Assembly (NCBI RefSeq): GCF_000181795.1
Contig: NW_003526944.1
Span: 1,330,498-1,394,497 of the forward strand
Direction: 5' to 3'
Length of the DNA stretch: 64,000 nucleotides
Source of the DNA: Trichinella spiralis
Lineage: Eukaryota
In this document: one piece after another, positions 14,701-24,689 of the stretch
How positions within the stretch are numbered: position 1 is the stretch's first letter
How the letters are laid out: each line of letters begins with the position of its first letter
Program-made: the position numbers and the translations under genes
The notes under the pieces: generated by a model
Told to the model about the DNA's origin: nothing
The model's database searches: none
What the model saw: only the letters and a program-made list of their open reading frames with translations

Positions 14701-15392
14701 AATCATGATACTGATTGTAAAAGCGGTTCTGTATGTGTCCAAGGTAGATGCGTTTGTCCACCTGACACTCAAATGACAACAGATGGATATTGCGAAAGTT
14801 ATCAATTAGGTAAAATATTTATTTGCTTGAATTTTTTTTAGGAACAAAAGCTCAAATTATTTTGAAATGAATGAGATGTAATAATTAAATTACTGTTTTT
14901 ACTGATGGACTGATGTATCAGGATGTTTTGAACTTTTATGTTTAAGGGTTATTTATAAATTTAAAATGTAAAGTTTTATTTCATATTCGCGTTGTTCAAT
15001 TTAATTATGTTTTTAGTAAAGCTGAAATAATTTTATTTTTCGTATTAGCATTCAATTAAGTATAACACCAAGATTTTTGATTGTTCTAGTTGCAAAGAAT
15101 CAAGTTGGTATTAATTATTATTAGGAATTATATTTAGGAAGTGATTGTAATAAAGATGAAAACTGTGGCAGGCAAGCGATTTGTATCAGCGGCCGTTGCC
15201 GTTGTGTTCCCGGTACAGTGCAACAAGGAAATTTTTGTTTGCCATTTAATACCGGTAGTTTCTGATGTATGTATAACTTTTTTTTTGAATTCTTTAAATT
15301 TGATTTTAAATTAAATCAATGTACCAGTTGAAATCGATGGGCAAGAGTCAATCGAAAGCACGATTACGTGCTTTAGCTCATTTGTGAAATGA
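11720..15392 (+). CDS. Chitin-binding type 2 (CBM14-like) domain plus multiple EB modules (multi-exon; start uncertain)
   Basis: GDPC...NPNIQTAYMQC...GRWQAMPCPPGQTFQFGKQRCDF is followed by about ten EB-type Cys repeats (12534-15253). The last exon 15328-15392 ends in TGA. Confidence 0.8.
14373..14415. repeat. Imperfect (TATGT/TATGC)n pentanucleotide repeat, intronic
   Basis: Direct reading. Confidence 0.85.
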
Positions 15393-17013
15393 TCATGGAA
15401 TTTGGAAACTTTCATTTCAAATGGAAGCCTGTTTATGGAAAAAACAAAAAGCTGCCATTTGAAAAACCTTCAGAATGAATTTTTCCAATGGCAGAAAAAA
15501 AGCCACATTTTCTGTTTCGGATAACAGAGAAAAAATTTGAACAAAGTAAATTTTCTGAAAGCATATTGATAGTTTGAAATTTAATTTATGCCATAAAATA
15601 AATTATACACTCAAAAAATTCCACATTTTGAGATTCTCAAACCGGCATCATGTTTTTCTCATTCATTACTGGGCACAACTTGAGCACCCGTCTGTGTTTT
15701 GATGCGCACTTTAATAGCAGCAAGCTGTTCGTGAATTTTCATTTGTTTGGTTATTTTTGAATTTGAAATTAATCAGCTCGTTCAGATTCTCATCAGTTTT
15801 TCTAACCTCATTTTTCAATTCAATTACAATTCAATGTAAATCAATTACTTTAAAAATAAATAAAGTATAGAACAATAAATAATAAGCAAAAAGCAAATTC
15901 GTAATTAATGTTAGTTATTCTTTGATCACAATTAAAGCCAAGCAAGTAAGCGTATAGCAGTCGATTAAAAAAAATTTGCATACAGTTAGTTTATGATGAA
16001 CACGTCTTACTGTGCCTGCTTTTTATTCAATTGAGGAAACAATACTTTTGTGTTCGTTAATTTAAAAGCACATTAATGTAGTAGGATACAACTTTACAGT
16101 AATAAAGATTGTGCAATTCTTGAATACTATGAAAAGAAATTAAATAAAGATTTGAATATAATATATTCATGAAGAAGTTCAGATTTGTGGTGTGCTATAA
16201 TTGCAAAGCAAACAAACGTCTTCATCTCGCATAAAATTTTGCATAAAGTTTATCACAAACAAGTACAACCGCTGCTTTTCATTGCGTAGAGCAAACATAA
16301 CATTTTGCGGACGTCGATATAATGCAATTATTATATCAACAGTAATATAAATCCAAATGCGATTTCAAAATATTAACGATAATTGTCTTTCAGAATATTC
16401 AAACCTTTGAAGCAGAGTTGATGAAAAATGAAATTCTGATGCATTTAACCGGTGATGCTGTGAAATCGTTGTTCGTCCAGGTAATAATGATAAGATGCTT
16501 TTTATTTAGATATTTTCTCTTCTACCACCTGATCTAGATATTATTTGAACCGTTGTGTTTATTTGGATTAATCAGTTAAAAATCAGTGCTTTCTAGGAAA
16601 ATCATTCTTTGAAATTTTCAAAAATTTCATCATAAATCTTTACTAATTAGGTTTTTTTCAAAGAGTTTCAGTTACTTTAATTTTAATTCTATTTTGTGCG
16701 CCTATGTCCTGGGTGTCCGTTATTGCTGTTTCGTTTTTCATTCCAATCCAAATTTTCTATAAAAGTGAAAAAATCAAACTTGAAAACAAGCTCATTTGGT
16801 CGTAATGATGATATTTCACTGATGGTTGATTAGTGTTTAATAATACATGATAAACTTCGAGCACCATGCTAGCTCAGTGCCCTAAATCACGCCAGGCAAA
16901 CAGATGTGCATTTCTAGGTCAGCAAAGTAACTTTATGCTAATTTGATGATGAACCTGCCAACGGCATTCTACTGAAAGCATTTTGTGCCGTTTCAAATCT
17001 GCAAGCGATTTCT

Positions 17014-17022
17014 TATATAAAG
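17014..17022 (+). promoter_or_regulatory. Putative TATA box in repeat module A
   Basis: TATATAAAG lies in the best-conserved block of module A. TATAAAG is kept on the minus strand at 28264, 35737 and 37722. Confidence 0.4.
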
Positions 17023-18436
17023 CTCTGTTTATTCTTGGGCGATTATTATATAATTATTCGCTCAAGAATAACCGTCTAACTGCTGCGCTGGAGAATTTCT
17101 CCAGTTTTAATGTTTCACTTCAACAAATACACCGTACGATCAAACAACGAACATCAGTTGGACAATTTCACACCTCAGCATTTATTTCATTCCTCATCAC
17201 AACATGCCATCAGTCAGGTAGGTATGAAGTTTTACGTATTTGCTGATTTATCTTTACTTTATTTTTCTTTCTTTCAAACACTTCTTCGCAAACCCCTGGC
17301 ATTAAACATAGCCACATTTAAGATCTCTGATTGCATTTCCATCGTACATCCATGATACTGTCAGAATTGCACTGTCTGGCGTTCCCTCTATTCTTGAAAA
17401 TGAATCCTGAAAGTTCCCACGATATCACGTTGCGAAGAGCGCTGACACGTGAAAATTCTTTCCCATCATTTAGAAAATACCCTCACCTCCACAGGTACCA
17501 ACATTAATAAGTCACAGACAACGCCAGATTATCATGTGCGGTGGATGCAATTTCTAACAACATTTGTTTTTTCCATCCTGCTAATTCTCCCTCCTACCCT
17601 GCTAATCCTGCTAATTCACAGATACCCTACTAATTCCTGACCTGTCCCTCTTGACAGATGGCATCTCCCATTGAACTATTGACCGCTTCAGGAAGAACAG
17701 GGATCGTGGTAATCTGTAGAAAATTCCCCACCTAACCCCCCCCCCGCCCCATCACTCCCTCCCATTTTTTTAGATTCATGGAGATCGGTCTTCCATTGTG
17801 GCTTGGGATAATCATAACATTTTTCTGAAGTATTATCGACGGTGATTTGTTCACATAGAAAAGAGAGATATCAGCAGCAAATACCAGAACTTTAGAAAAA
17901 TTTTTTAGTAGGAAGTATCTTTCCATCTTTAGAAACAAATTGCGTTCTGATCATAATTTATCTGATTTATCCATTAACTGGATTAAATTAGCAAATTCTT
18001 ATGCAATTAACTCAATTGAGGGAATCATTTTGCTTTATTATGTTTTTATTTTACATCAAGATAAAGCTTTATTGTTTTCAAAACTGTGTAGTTTGCTAGC
18101 TACATCATTCATTTTTTATTCCAGTTCTGCATTACTTTTAATTTTATCAGCTGCAATTATAAATGTTTTCAACTGTAACAGCAGCTATAGATTGCTCGTT
18201 TGGAACCATAAAACCATAAAACTTTTCCACTTCTACCTAAATTAATTATAAATGAAAATTTACTATGTACTTCATTCCTCTTCTAGTGAAAGCAATTTAT
18301 TATATCTAGATTCTTTTTCATAACAGAAATATTTTTTATGCTATGTAATAGATAGCTGTCATCATATTTTCAAGTAGATAAGCTCGGTTAACGCAATTTT
18401 ATTTGAAATTATTATTTGTAATTTCCGATGCTTCTG

Positions 18437-19940
18437 TTAACGGATTTTCATCGAATTTTAGTGAAATAAATTTGCATAATGATGAGATTTCATATAATAT
18501 GAGATGTGTGAATAAAAACGTAATAACAGTCGTCATTTAATATAGTTGTTTGCTGAACTTAACACTACGCTATTACGGACTAAAAATTAGGTTGTTTCAC
18601 CTGAGGCAGTGGTATGTTCATTTGCATTATTTACTTATTGCCCTCTGCTTCAGAGCACTCCCTTCATATTTAGTTACTCAGTTCATTGCCATGCATCCGG
18701 AATGCATGTGGTCAACTATAATTCCGCTCTTCACTGTTATCTTTGAATGAGCAGTTAGTTACATTCGATATTGTGATGGGGGAATTGCATGCTTGCCCTT
18801 TGCATGACGTTACAATGTTCATATCCATTAAAATTACTATTCCTAACTTTCAGTTGCTCTTACTAAATGCTGCATGTGGACAAGTACGTATTTGTGCAAT
18901 TTATTTTGAGATATTTGCATTAATGTAATTCTCAGAGTTCTAGAATATACAGATTTCCATATTCATATCGAGCAATGTAAAGCAGTTGAATTGCAGAAAG
19001 TAATCAAGAAGATAGCAATCCAGCATAAAGATTTTGGTATCGTTTTTATGAAGTAATGCTTATTTTTTGGTTCTGAAAAGATGAAATTGAACAGCAATTT
19101 CAAATACACAGAAGGCTCAGTTTATTAATTTTTATAAGATTCTATAATAATAGGATTGTAAGTTAGCGGCATCATCTGCACCATATCACTTTAATCTCAA
19201 CTGTGGCGTCGATATTAATTCGTCATGTAAGTATTATCATAGATTGGTTGCTCTTAATCTCAATGTTTTATATTCGAACATTATTTTTAAAATATAATTT
19301 TTTAGAGCTAATATAAGCTGCTTAACTGCTGACTGACTGCTCCCTTTTCTAAACTGATGGAAAAAAGTAAGCAGCGCTATAATGTCACTATTATTTCGAT
19401 AAGTTTACGTACTACTTGTATGAATTCAAAGTAATAGTAGTCTTTTCCGTGATGTTTTGTTAATTCTCACTGCTACAAGTTAACGGATTTTCATGCAATG
19501 TTAGTGAAATAAATTTGCATAGTAATGAAATTCCACATAATATAAGGTGTGTAAATAAAAACGTTATAACATTATGTATTCAGCATGTTCTTGATAATTA
19601 TATAACTGCGCTATAGCTGAAGGAGAATTAGGTTGTTTTTCCTGGGGCATAGTAGTCTATATTATTTGCATAATTTACTTATTGAAAACCATTGCAGATT
19701 ACTTCGTTCGTATTTAGTTGTTCCATTCAGTGCAATGTCAACAGGCGTTACGTGGTCAACTATAATTCCGCTCTTTTATGTTCGCCACAAATAAGAAGTA
19801 AGTTACATTCAGTATTGTGATGCGGGTACTCTACGCATGTTATTTGCATGACTTTACAAATAAGGTGAACGCAAACTAATGGGGATATCTCTATCTATAT
19901 TTCTGTTGCTAATTTTCAGATACTCAAACCAGATGCTGAA
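18437..19940 (+). repeat. Two diverged direct copies of ~450-bp module B, about 1040 bp apart
   Basis: ttaacggattttcat..ttagtgaaataaatttgcata..aataaaaacgt..ttaggttgttt..tggtcaactataattccgctctt occurs at ~18437 and ~19480. Confidence 0.9.
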
Positions 19941-21485
19941 TTTGAGGATGTTCTTTTTTATATTCAGATATTAATTTGATTCAGTTTTAGTATTAAGAAC
20001 ATTTCCTATTTGCATCAATCAATATGGAGCAGCAACATGAAATGGTTGTGAATGTGAACATTTTATTATCTGACTGGTCACGTTTCTTCATATGTGTCCA
20101 ACAAGTAAGTAATGGAGTAATGTTACTGTTGTGTTTATGACTCCATTGCAATTTTCATACAATACAATTTGTATAGAAGCTTATGAGGAACAGCCATATT
20201 ATAAAAAGTAATTGGAGACGAATAACAGTGCATCAATAATTTTCATATTCTATTCATTTCCTAATTTAATGTTTTGTTTAGCTTATTTAGCATTTTTAGT
20301 TTATCTCCTTGTTGAGTTCTAATCCATACGGTCTACCTCACCTGTGTAGTGTGTCAGAAGTAAGTACCTTTGTGGTTTTCGTTTTTTCCTAAGATACGTC
20401 AGAGCAATCAAGCAGTTTTGATTACCCTATACCTCCTGCTACTATGTTCGTTCGAGTTAGCATAAATGTGTTGAAAACAGGATATGACAAAAATTAATAA
20501 TTAATTAATGAATATTTTCTTGATAGCAATGGATTACGTTAACAACTGATCAGTTTTATTGGTGGTTACTATGTCTCTGGCCACGCTGGTACGTTGAGTT
20601 GTCATCAGTACATTCCAAATGTTGCATCACAGAGTTCAGTAAGTGCATGTTTTATTCATAATAAAACATAATAATAGCAATGGATTACATGCTTACTATC
20701 AAAGAAATACAAAGCCTCACCCGTTGATGAACCGCGTTAGTTAAAGCTGGCATATTGGGGTTCGTCGTCTTCTCGGTGTAGTTTTACTGATCACGAATAG
20801 TAAGTAATGATTTATATTTGTTGCAATTGAGGCACATTATGTCAACGCAATTGCAAAATATTCAGTTCTTGGTGATGCTGCTCGGTGATAATGGAAGCTC
20901 ATATTGATTTTGAAAGCAATGAATTAGATTCGTTATCATGCCACTGTTGTAGTTTGAATTAGCGTCAGTGCGTTTTAAATGTGGTATCACACATGGTATG
21001 TGCTAAAATTATTGTTCATTCATTATGCTAATACAATCAGTTTTGGTTTCTGAGTATTTCTTGCTACCGTAGTAGATTGAGTTGTCGTGAATGGGTTCGA
21101 GAGGTGATATGGAAAAAATCAGTACGTATTTTGTTCTTGATAGCAATCGATTACGTCACCACTATCGAAGACGTATGACATCCGTACTGATGGCTCCCAT
21201 GTTGGTTGAATTCGGTCTGAAGACGTTCCACACAGCTCAGAATGTGGTTTGCTTACCAAAAAGTAAGAATAATGACTTGAATGAGTTAATACGTAACTGT
21301 TAAGATGAGGAAGCAATATGCTGACGTACGTTGAATACGAAAAGCTTTTTTGAGACAGCATCAAATGCCAACCATCTAATAAGTTACAAATTACTATAAG
21401 CATATAAAGCAAGAGATGCACTGTTATTCGTCTTCAATTGTTTTTTATAATATGGCTGTTTCTTAGCAATTATTTCGCAGATTGT

Positions 21486-21630
21486 GGTGTGTACAAAGGG
21501 CAGGGACGTAATCAACGCGAGCTAATGACTCACGCTTACTGGGAATTTTTCGTGCAAGGGAAACAATTGCAATTCCCTATTCCATTGAAGAAAACGTTTT
21601 ATTCGATTGCCAAGTCTTTTCAGGTAAGGT
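21486..21630 (-). pseudogene. 18S rRNA: Degenerate 18S rRNA gene fragment (3' region)
   Basis: The minus strand reads ...aattcccagtaagcgtgagtcattagctcgcgttgattacgtccctgccctttgtacacacc, the universal SSU 3' conserved region. Only ~145 bp is present and it carries substitutions. Confidence 0.93.
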
Positions 21631-21637
21631 CTCAGAT

Positions 21638-21900
21638 ATGGATATCATAATTGTTGCAGTTGCGTTTGAAAATACTGTTATCGCCTTCGTTGACGCCCGG
21701 ATCTATGGGCACAATGAAAAGGAGATCCCTGCGTTCCGGCTGCAAGGATACTCTGTGACGTACGATGCCATTGTCGGTTGGCATCTAGGGACTTGGAACG
21801 ATGACATCTTGAAAAACGGTTGGCGACGTCTCCCAAAGGTATCCCGCTCCCAATAAGGGTTCTCGTGGAACATCTCAGCCTGTGATAACTCCCGGAATTC
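21638..21900 (+). mobile_element. Decayed C-terminal restriction-like endonuclease fragment of an R2-superfamily (NeSL/Utopia-like) non-LTR retrotransposon
   Basis: IIVAVAFENTVIAFVDAR..EKE..AFRLQGYSVTYDAIV..LGTW.ND.ILK and, after a frameshift, VGDVSQRY fit the pattern DV..PFEN...AF..AR..K...Y....GY.V..DA.VVGALG.W...ND. GC-rich sequence to ~22050 may be 3' UTR. Confidence 0.75.
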
Positions 21901-22316
21901 GACACGAATCGGCGACCGGTTAGAACGACGGAGACACCCACCCGTTGGTCTTCTCTGTCAGAAGGTGGGCAATGCTTCAAATGGCGGAACACGTTACCCG
22001 TCAGGACGCCCACGCAGCGTGGTGAGCTGCAGTGTCAGCCGTTCATAGGCCCTTTCAGAGTTATGCATTTTATAGTTTGATTCAAATTTCAAGACAGCAA
22101 TGGATACAATCAGTTCATGCTTCTAAGGAGTTTCATACTGCCACCGTGACTGCTCGCTTGGATCATTTTATTTTACCAGTTCAATTTGTTGCAGTTTATG
22201 AAGTTTAATTTTTTATTACATTTCAGATTTTCATACGTAAATATTTCAGTTTTCATTTCAGGCTCATCTGTTCACCAGGGTTTCATTGGTTCAGGTTGCT
22301 TTTATTGGTTCAGGTA

Positions 22317-22393
22317 AGTTCTATAGATGGATGGACTTTATGCATTCTGGTTGCAGATTCATTCAGAATGCATAAAGTCCATTCATCTAAACT
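22317..22393 (+). ncRNA. Pre-miRNA-like hairpin (candidate)
   Basis: tagatggatggactttatgcattctg (22324-22349) pairs with cagaatgcataaagtccattcatcta (22364-22389): 26 bp, one G-U pair on the + strand, 14-nt loop, plus a basal agtt/aact extension. Confidence 0.4.
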
Positions 22394-22595
22394 TTCCGCA
22401 CTGGAAATGCATCAGGTAAGTTTCAAGTTGAATTTTGATCCTTCATGGGCAGCCTAAAATAACGAGACGGATGAATAATGGTCTGATTATTATATTATAT
22501 GGATGAAAATGGCGACAATAAAATGTAATATTCAAATTTTCGAATTGCCTAAGGCTTGACAACGCATAGCCAGAGTCTAAATGCTTTTACCAATG

Positions 22596-23282
22596 GGCAT
22601 AGCCTGGGGAGAATATGCAAATTTTTTTAACCCCTAAGGTAATATGCAAATTTTTATTTGCCCTGAGGCGTAGCCTGAGGGCAAAGCCTCGGGCTATATT
22701 TTAAAAATTTCAAAATTTTCGAAAAAATGCCTGAGGCATAGCCTGAGGCGTAGCCTCAGGGCATAAAAAATTTGCATATTACCCCCAGGGGATTAAAAAT
22801 TTGCATAAATCTTTCCTGAGGGCAAATATGGTGCAATAAAACGCCTGAGGCATAGCCTGAGGGAATATGCAAATTTTTTTTTGCCCTGGGGCGTAGCCTG
22901 AGGGCAAAGCCTGGGGCTATATTTTAAAATTTTCGAAATTTTCGAAAAAATGCCTGAGGCATAGCCTGAGGCGTAGCCTCAGGGCATAAAAAATTTGCAT
23001 ATTACCCCCAGGGGATTAAAAATTTGCATAAATCTTTCCTGAGGGCAAATATGGTGCAATAAAACGCCTGAGGCATCGCCTGAGGGAATATGCAAATTTT
23101 TTATTTGCCCTGGGGCGTAGCCTGAGGGCAAAGCCTGGGGCTATATTTTAAAAATTTCGAAATTTTTGAAAAATTGCCTGAGGCATAGCCAGAGGCGTAG
23201 CCTTAGGGCATATAAAAATTTGCATATTACCCTCAGGGGATTAAAAATTTGCATAAATCTTTCCTGAGGGCAAATATGCAAT
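22596..23282. repeat. Three tandem copies of a ~223-bp internally palindromic (MITE-like) unit
   Basis: Marker ataaatctttcctgaggg at 22805, 23028 and 23253. Unit arms atatgcaaatttttt..tgccctgaggc and gcctcagggcataaaaaatttgcatat are inverted. Confidence 0.95.
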
Positions 23283-23284
23283 AA

Positions 23285-23835
23285 CTTTATTCAGGATCAA
23301 AAGAATCAGCATGGAAATAAGTTAAACGCATCCAAGAAATCTACCTTCCCTCCGCCTATTTCTGCGCCCTGACGTGAAATCCCTTCGATCTTCGTCCCTG
23401 AAAATGGTTTACCGTTGCGTCAGCAATCCACGGACAAGCACCAGCCATCTGCAGCATTTCTATTATGCAACTCCTTTACTCCGGATCAAAGTAATCTCCC
23501 TAAACATGAAGTTACATAGTTATTACATTAGATAAACGCATCCCAGAAATCTACCTACCTTTACTCAGCTGCGGCAAATCCCTGCGACGATAGACATCTA
23601 CATCGCATACATGTACTTACCTTTTTAGTCAGACATCTGACAACTACAGCCACAGCTATCAAAACGGTTCACCGTTGTGGGATGGTTGTCGATCCAGGGA
23701 CGTCTGTTCATCATCCTAAAACTAAATACAGTTTGTAAAAGTACTTACCTTTACCACTGGCGTTCCCATGAGCCGTTTCGACTGAATCGTTTGTAGCTGT
23801 CAGACATACCTGACAACTATGGCGATCATTTACCT
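23285..23835 (-). repeat. Degenerate short duplications carrying minus-strand splice donors
   Basis: ggatcaaa..aaacgcatcc.agaaatctacct occurs twice (~23290-23347, ~23480-23557). gtcagacat..ctgacaacta occurs twice (~23628, ~23799). gtacttacctt occurs twice (23613, 23741). Confidence 0.7.
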
Positions 23836-24689
23836 CAGCTGCCCGTTGTGGGAGTGGATGTGGCTGGCTAATCGAGGCAAGGTTGCAGCCGCAATTCCGG
23901 TAGCTCTTCTGCCTGAACTCAGACGGCAGAATCTTCTGGTGCCGGCAATGGCATACAAAAGTCGAATCCTTGCCGCTGGTCGTCTACTCTGCGTTCCCAT
24001 TTCATCTACACTAACCAATGTTCGTACGTCCTGGTTAAACGTGACCATCAGGTCGTGACCAACGTGAGCATTAGCCAGCGTGGTGCATTCACTGCCTGCT
24101 CCCAGTCAGCACAGCGGTTGGTTTTTGACTCTTTAGCCCTCAGCTACAATTCCAAAGCCATTGAAGATAGCAGCGACCCAAAATGTGTAGCTGGAATACC
24201 TTTAAATAGAAAATGGCCGGTTGAGTGGGTTGAACGTCCGTTGACTCCAGCGTTTTCCAGTCGTAGTCTCCTGATCTGCTAGGGTGCACCAACAACGTAG
24301 TCGGCCTGAACGTTTTCCCTTCCGCTACATCTTCCCTATCCGCTACCAGGCGATGAGCGCAAAATCTGAGCGACTGACCATGAGACTGGAGGACGCCCAC
24401 GGGCGCATGGAGCTCTATGCCGTGATGGAATTGATGACCGCCGTGTTTAACTCGCCGGACGCGATTCCACTGAATCGTTGCTGAACAATCGTTAAGCAAC
24501 GATGCATCATGAACAAAATTAGTACAGGGGTCTTTACTTGGTAATCTTTGTGAAAGCACGCCGGAACTGCTGGGTACGCTTTAATGCCAGTTTCAGCTGT
24601 CACAATAATAGCAATGTAATCAACAATTAACGTATGATCATCATTTTCAAGACTAATTCATATTAAATTATCCAGAAATGAAACATTAC

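Larger units (their letters stand above)
16560..20600 (+). repeat. Left arm of a long degenerate inverted duplication (modules A, C, B1, B2, D)
   Basis: 16940-17030 (ttgatgatgaacc..ctactgaaagcattttgtgccgtttcaaatctgcaagcgatttc..tataaagc) is the approximate reverse complement of 28260-28350. Other pairs: 17500-17540 with 27020-27065, 18437-18900 with 25850-26340, 19480-19940 with 24990-25440. The first ~350 bp match only the third copy at 36060-36330. Confidence 0.85.

Noticed and set aside
17020..17260. Spliced-leader RNA or snRNA gene in module A
   Set aside because: No recognisable leader, Sm site or snRNA sequence could be supported by eye.
21486..21630. Functional rRNA gene or rDNA unit
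   Set aside because: Only ~145 bp, mutated, with no flanking 18S, ITS or 5.8S sequence.
22596..23282. CRISPR array
   Set aside because: Eukaryotic context, and whole units repeat with no unique spacers.
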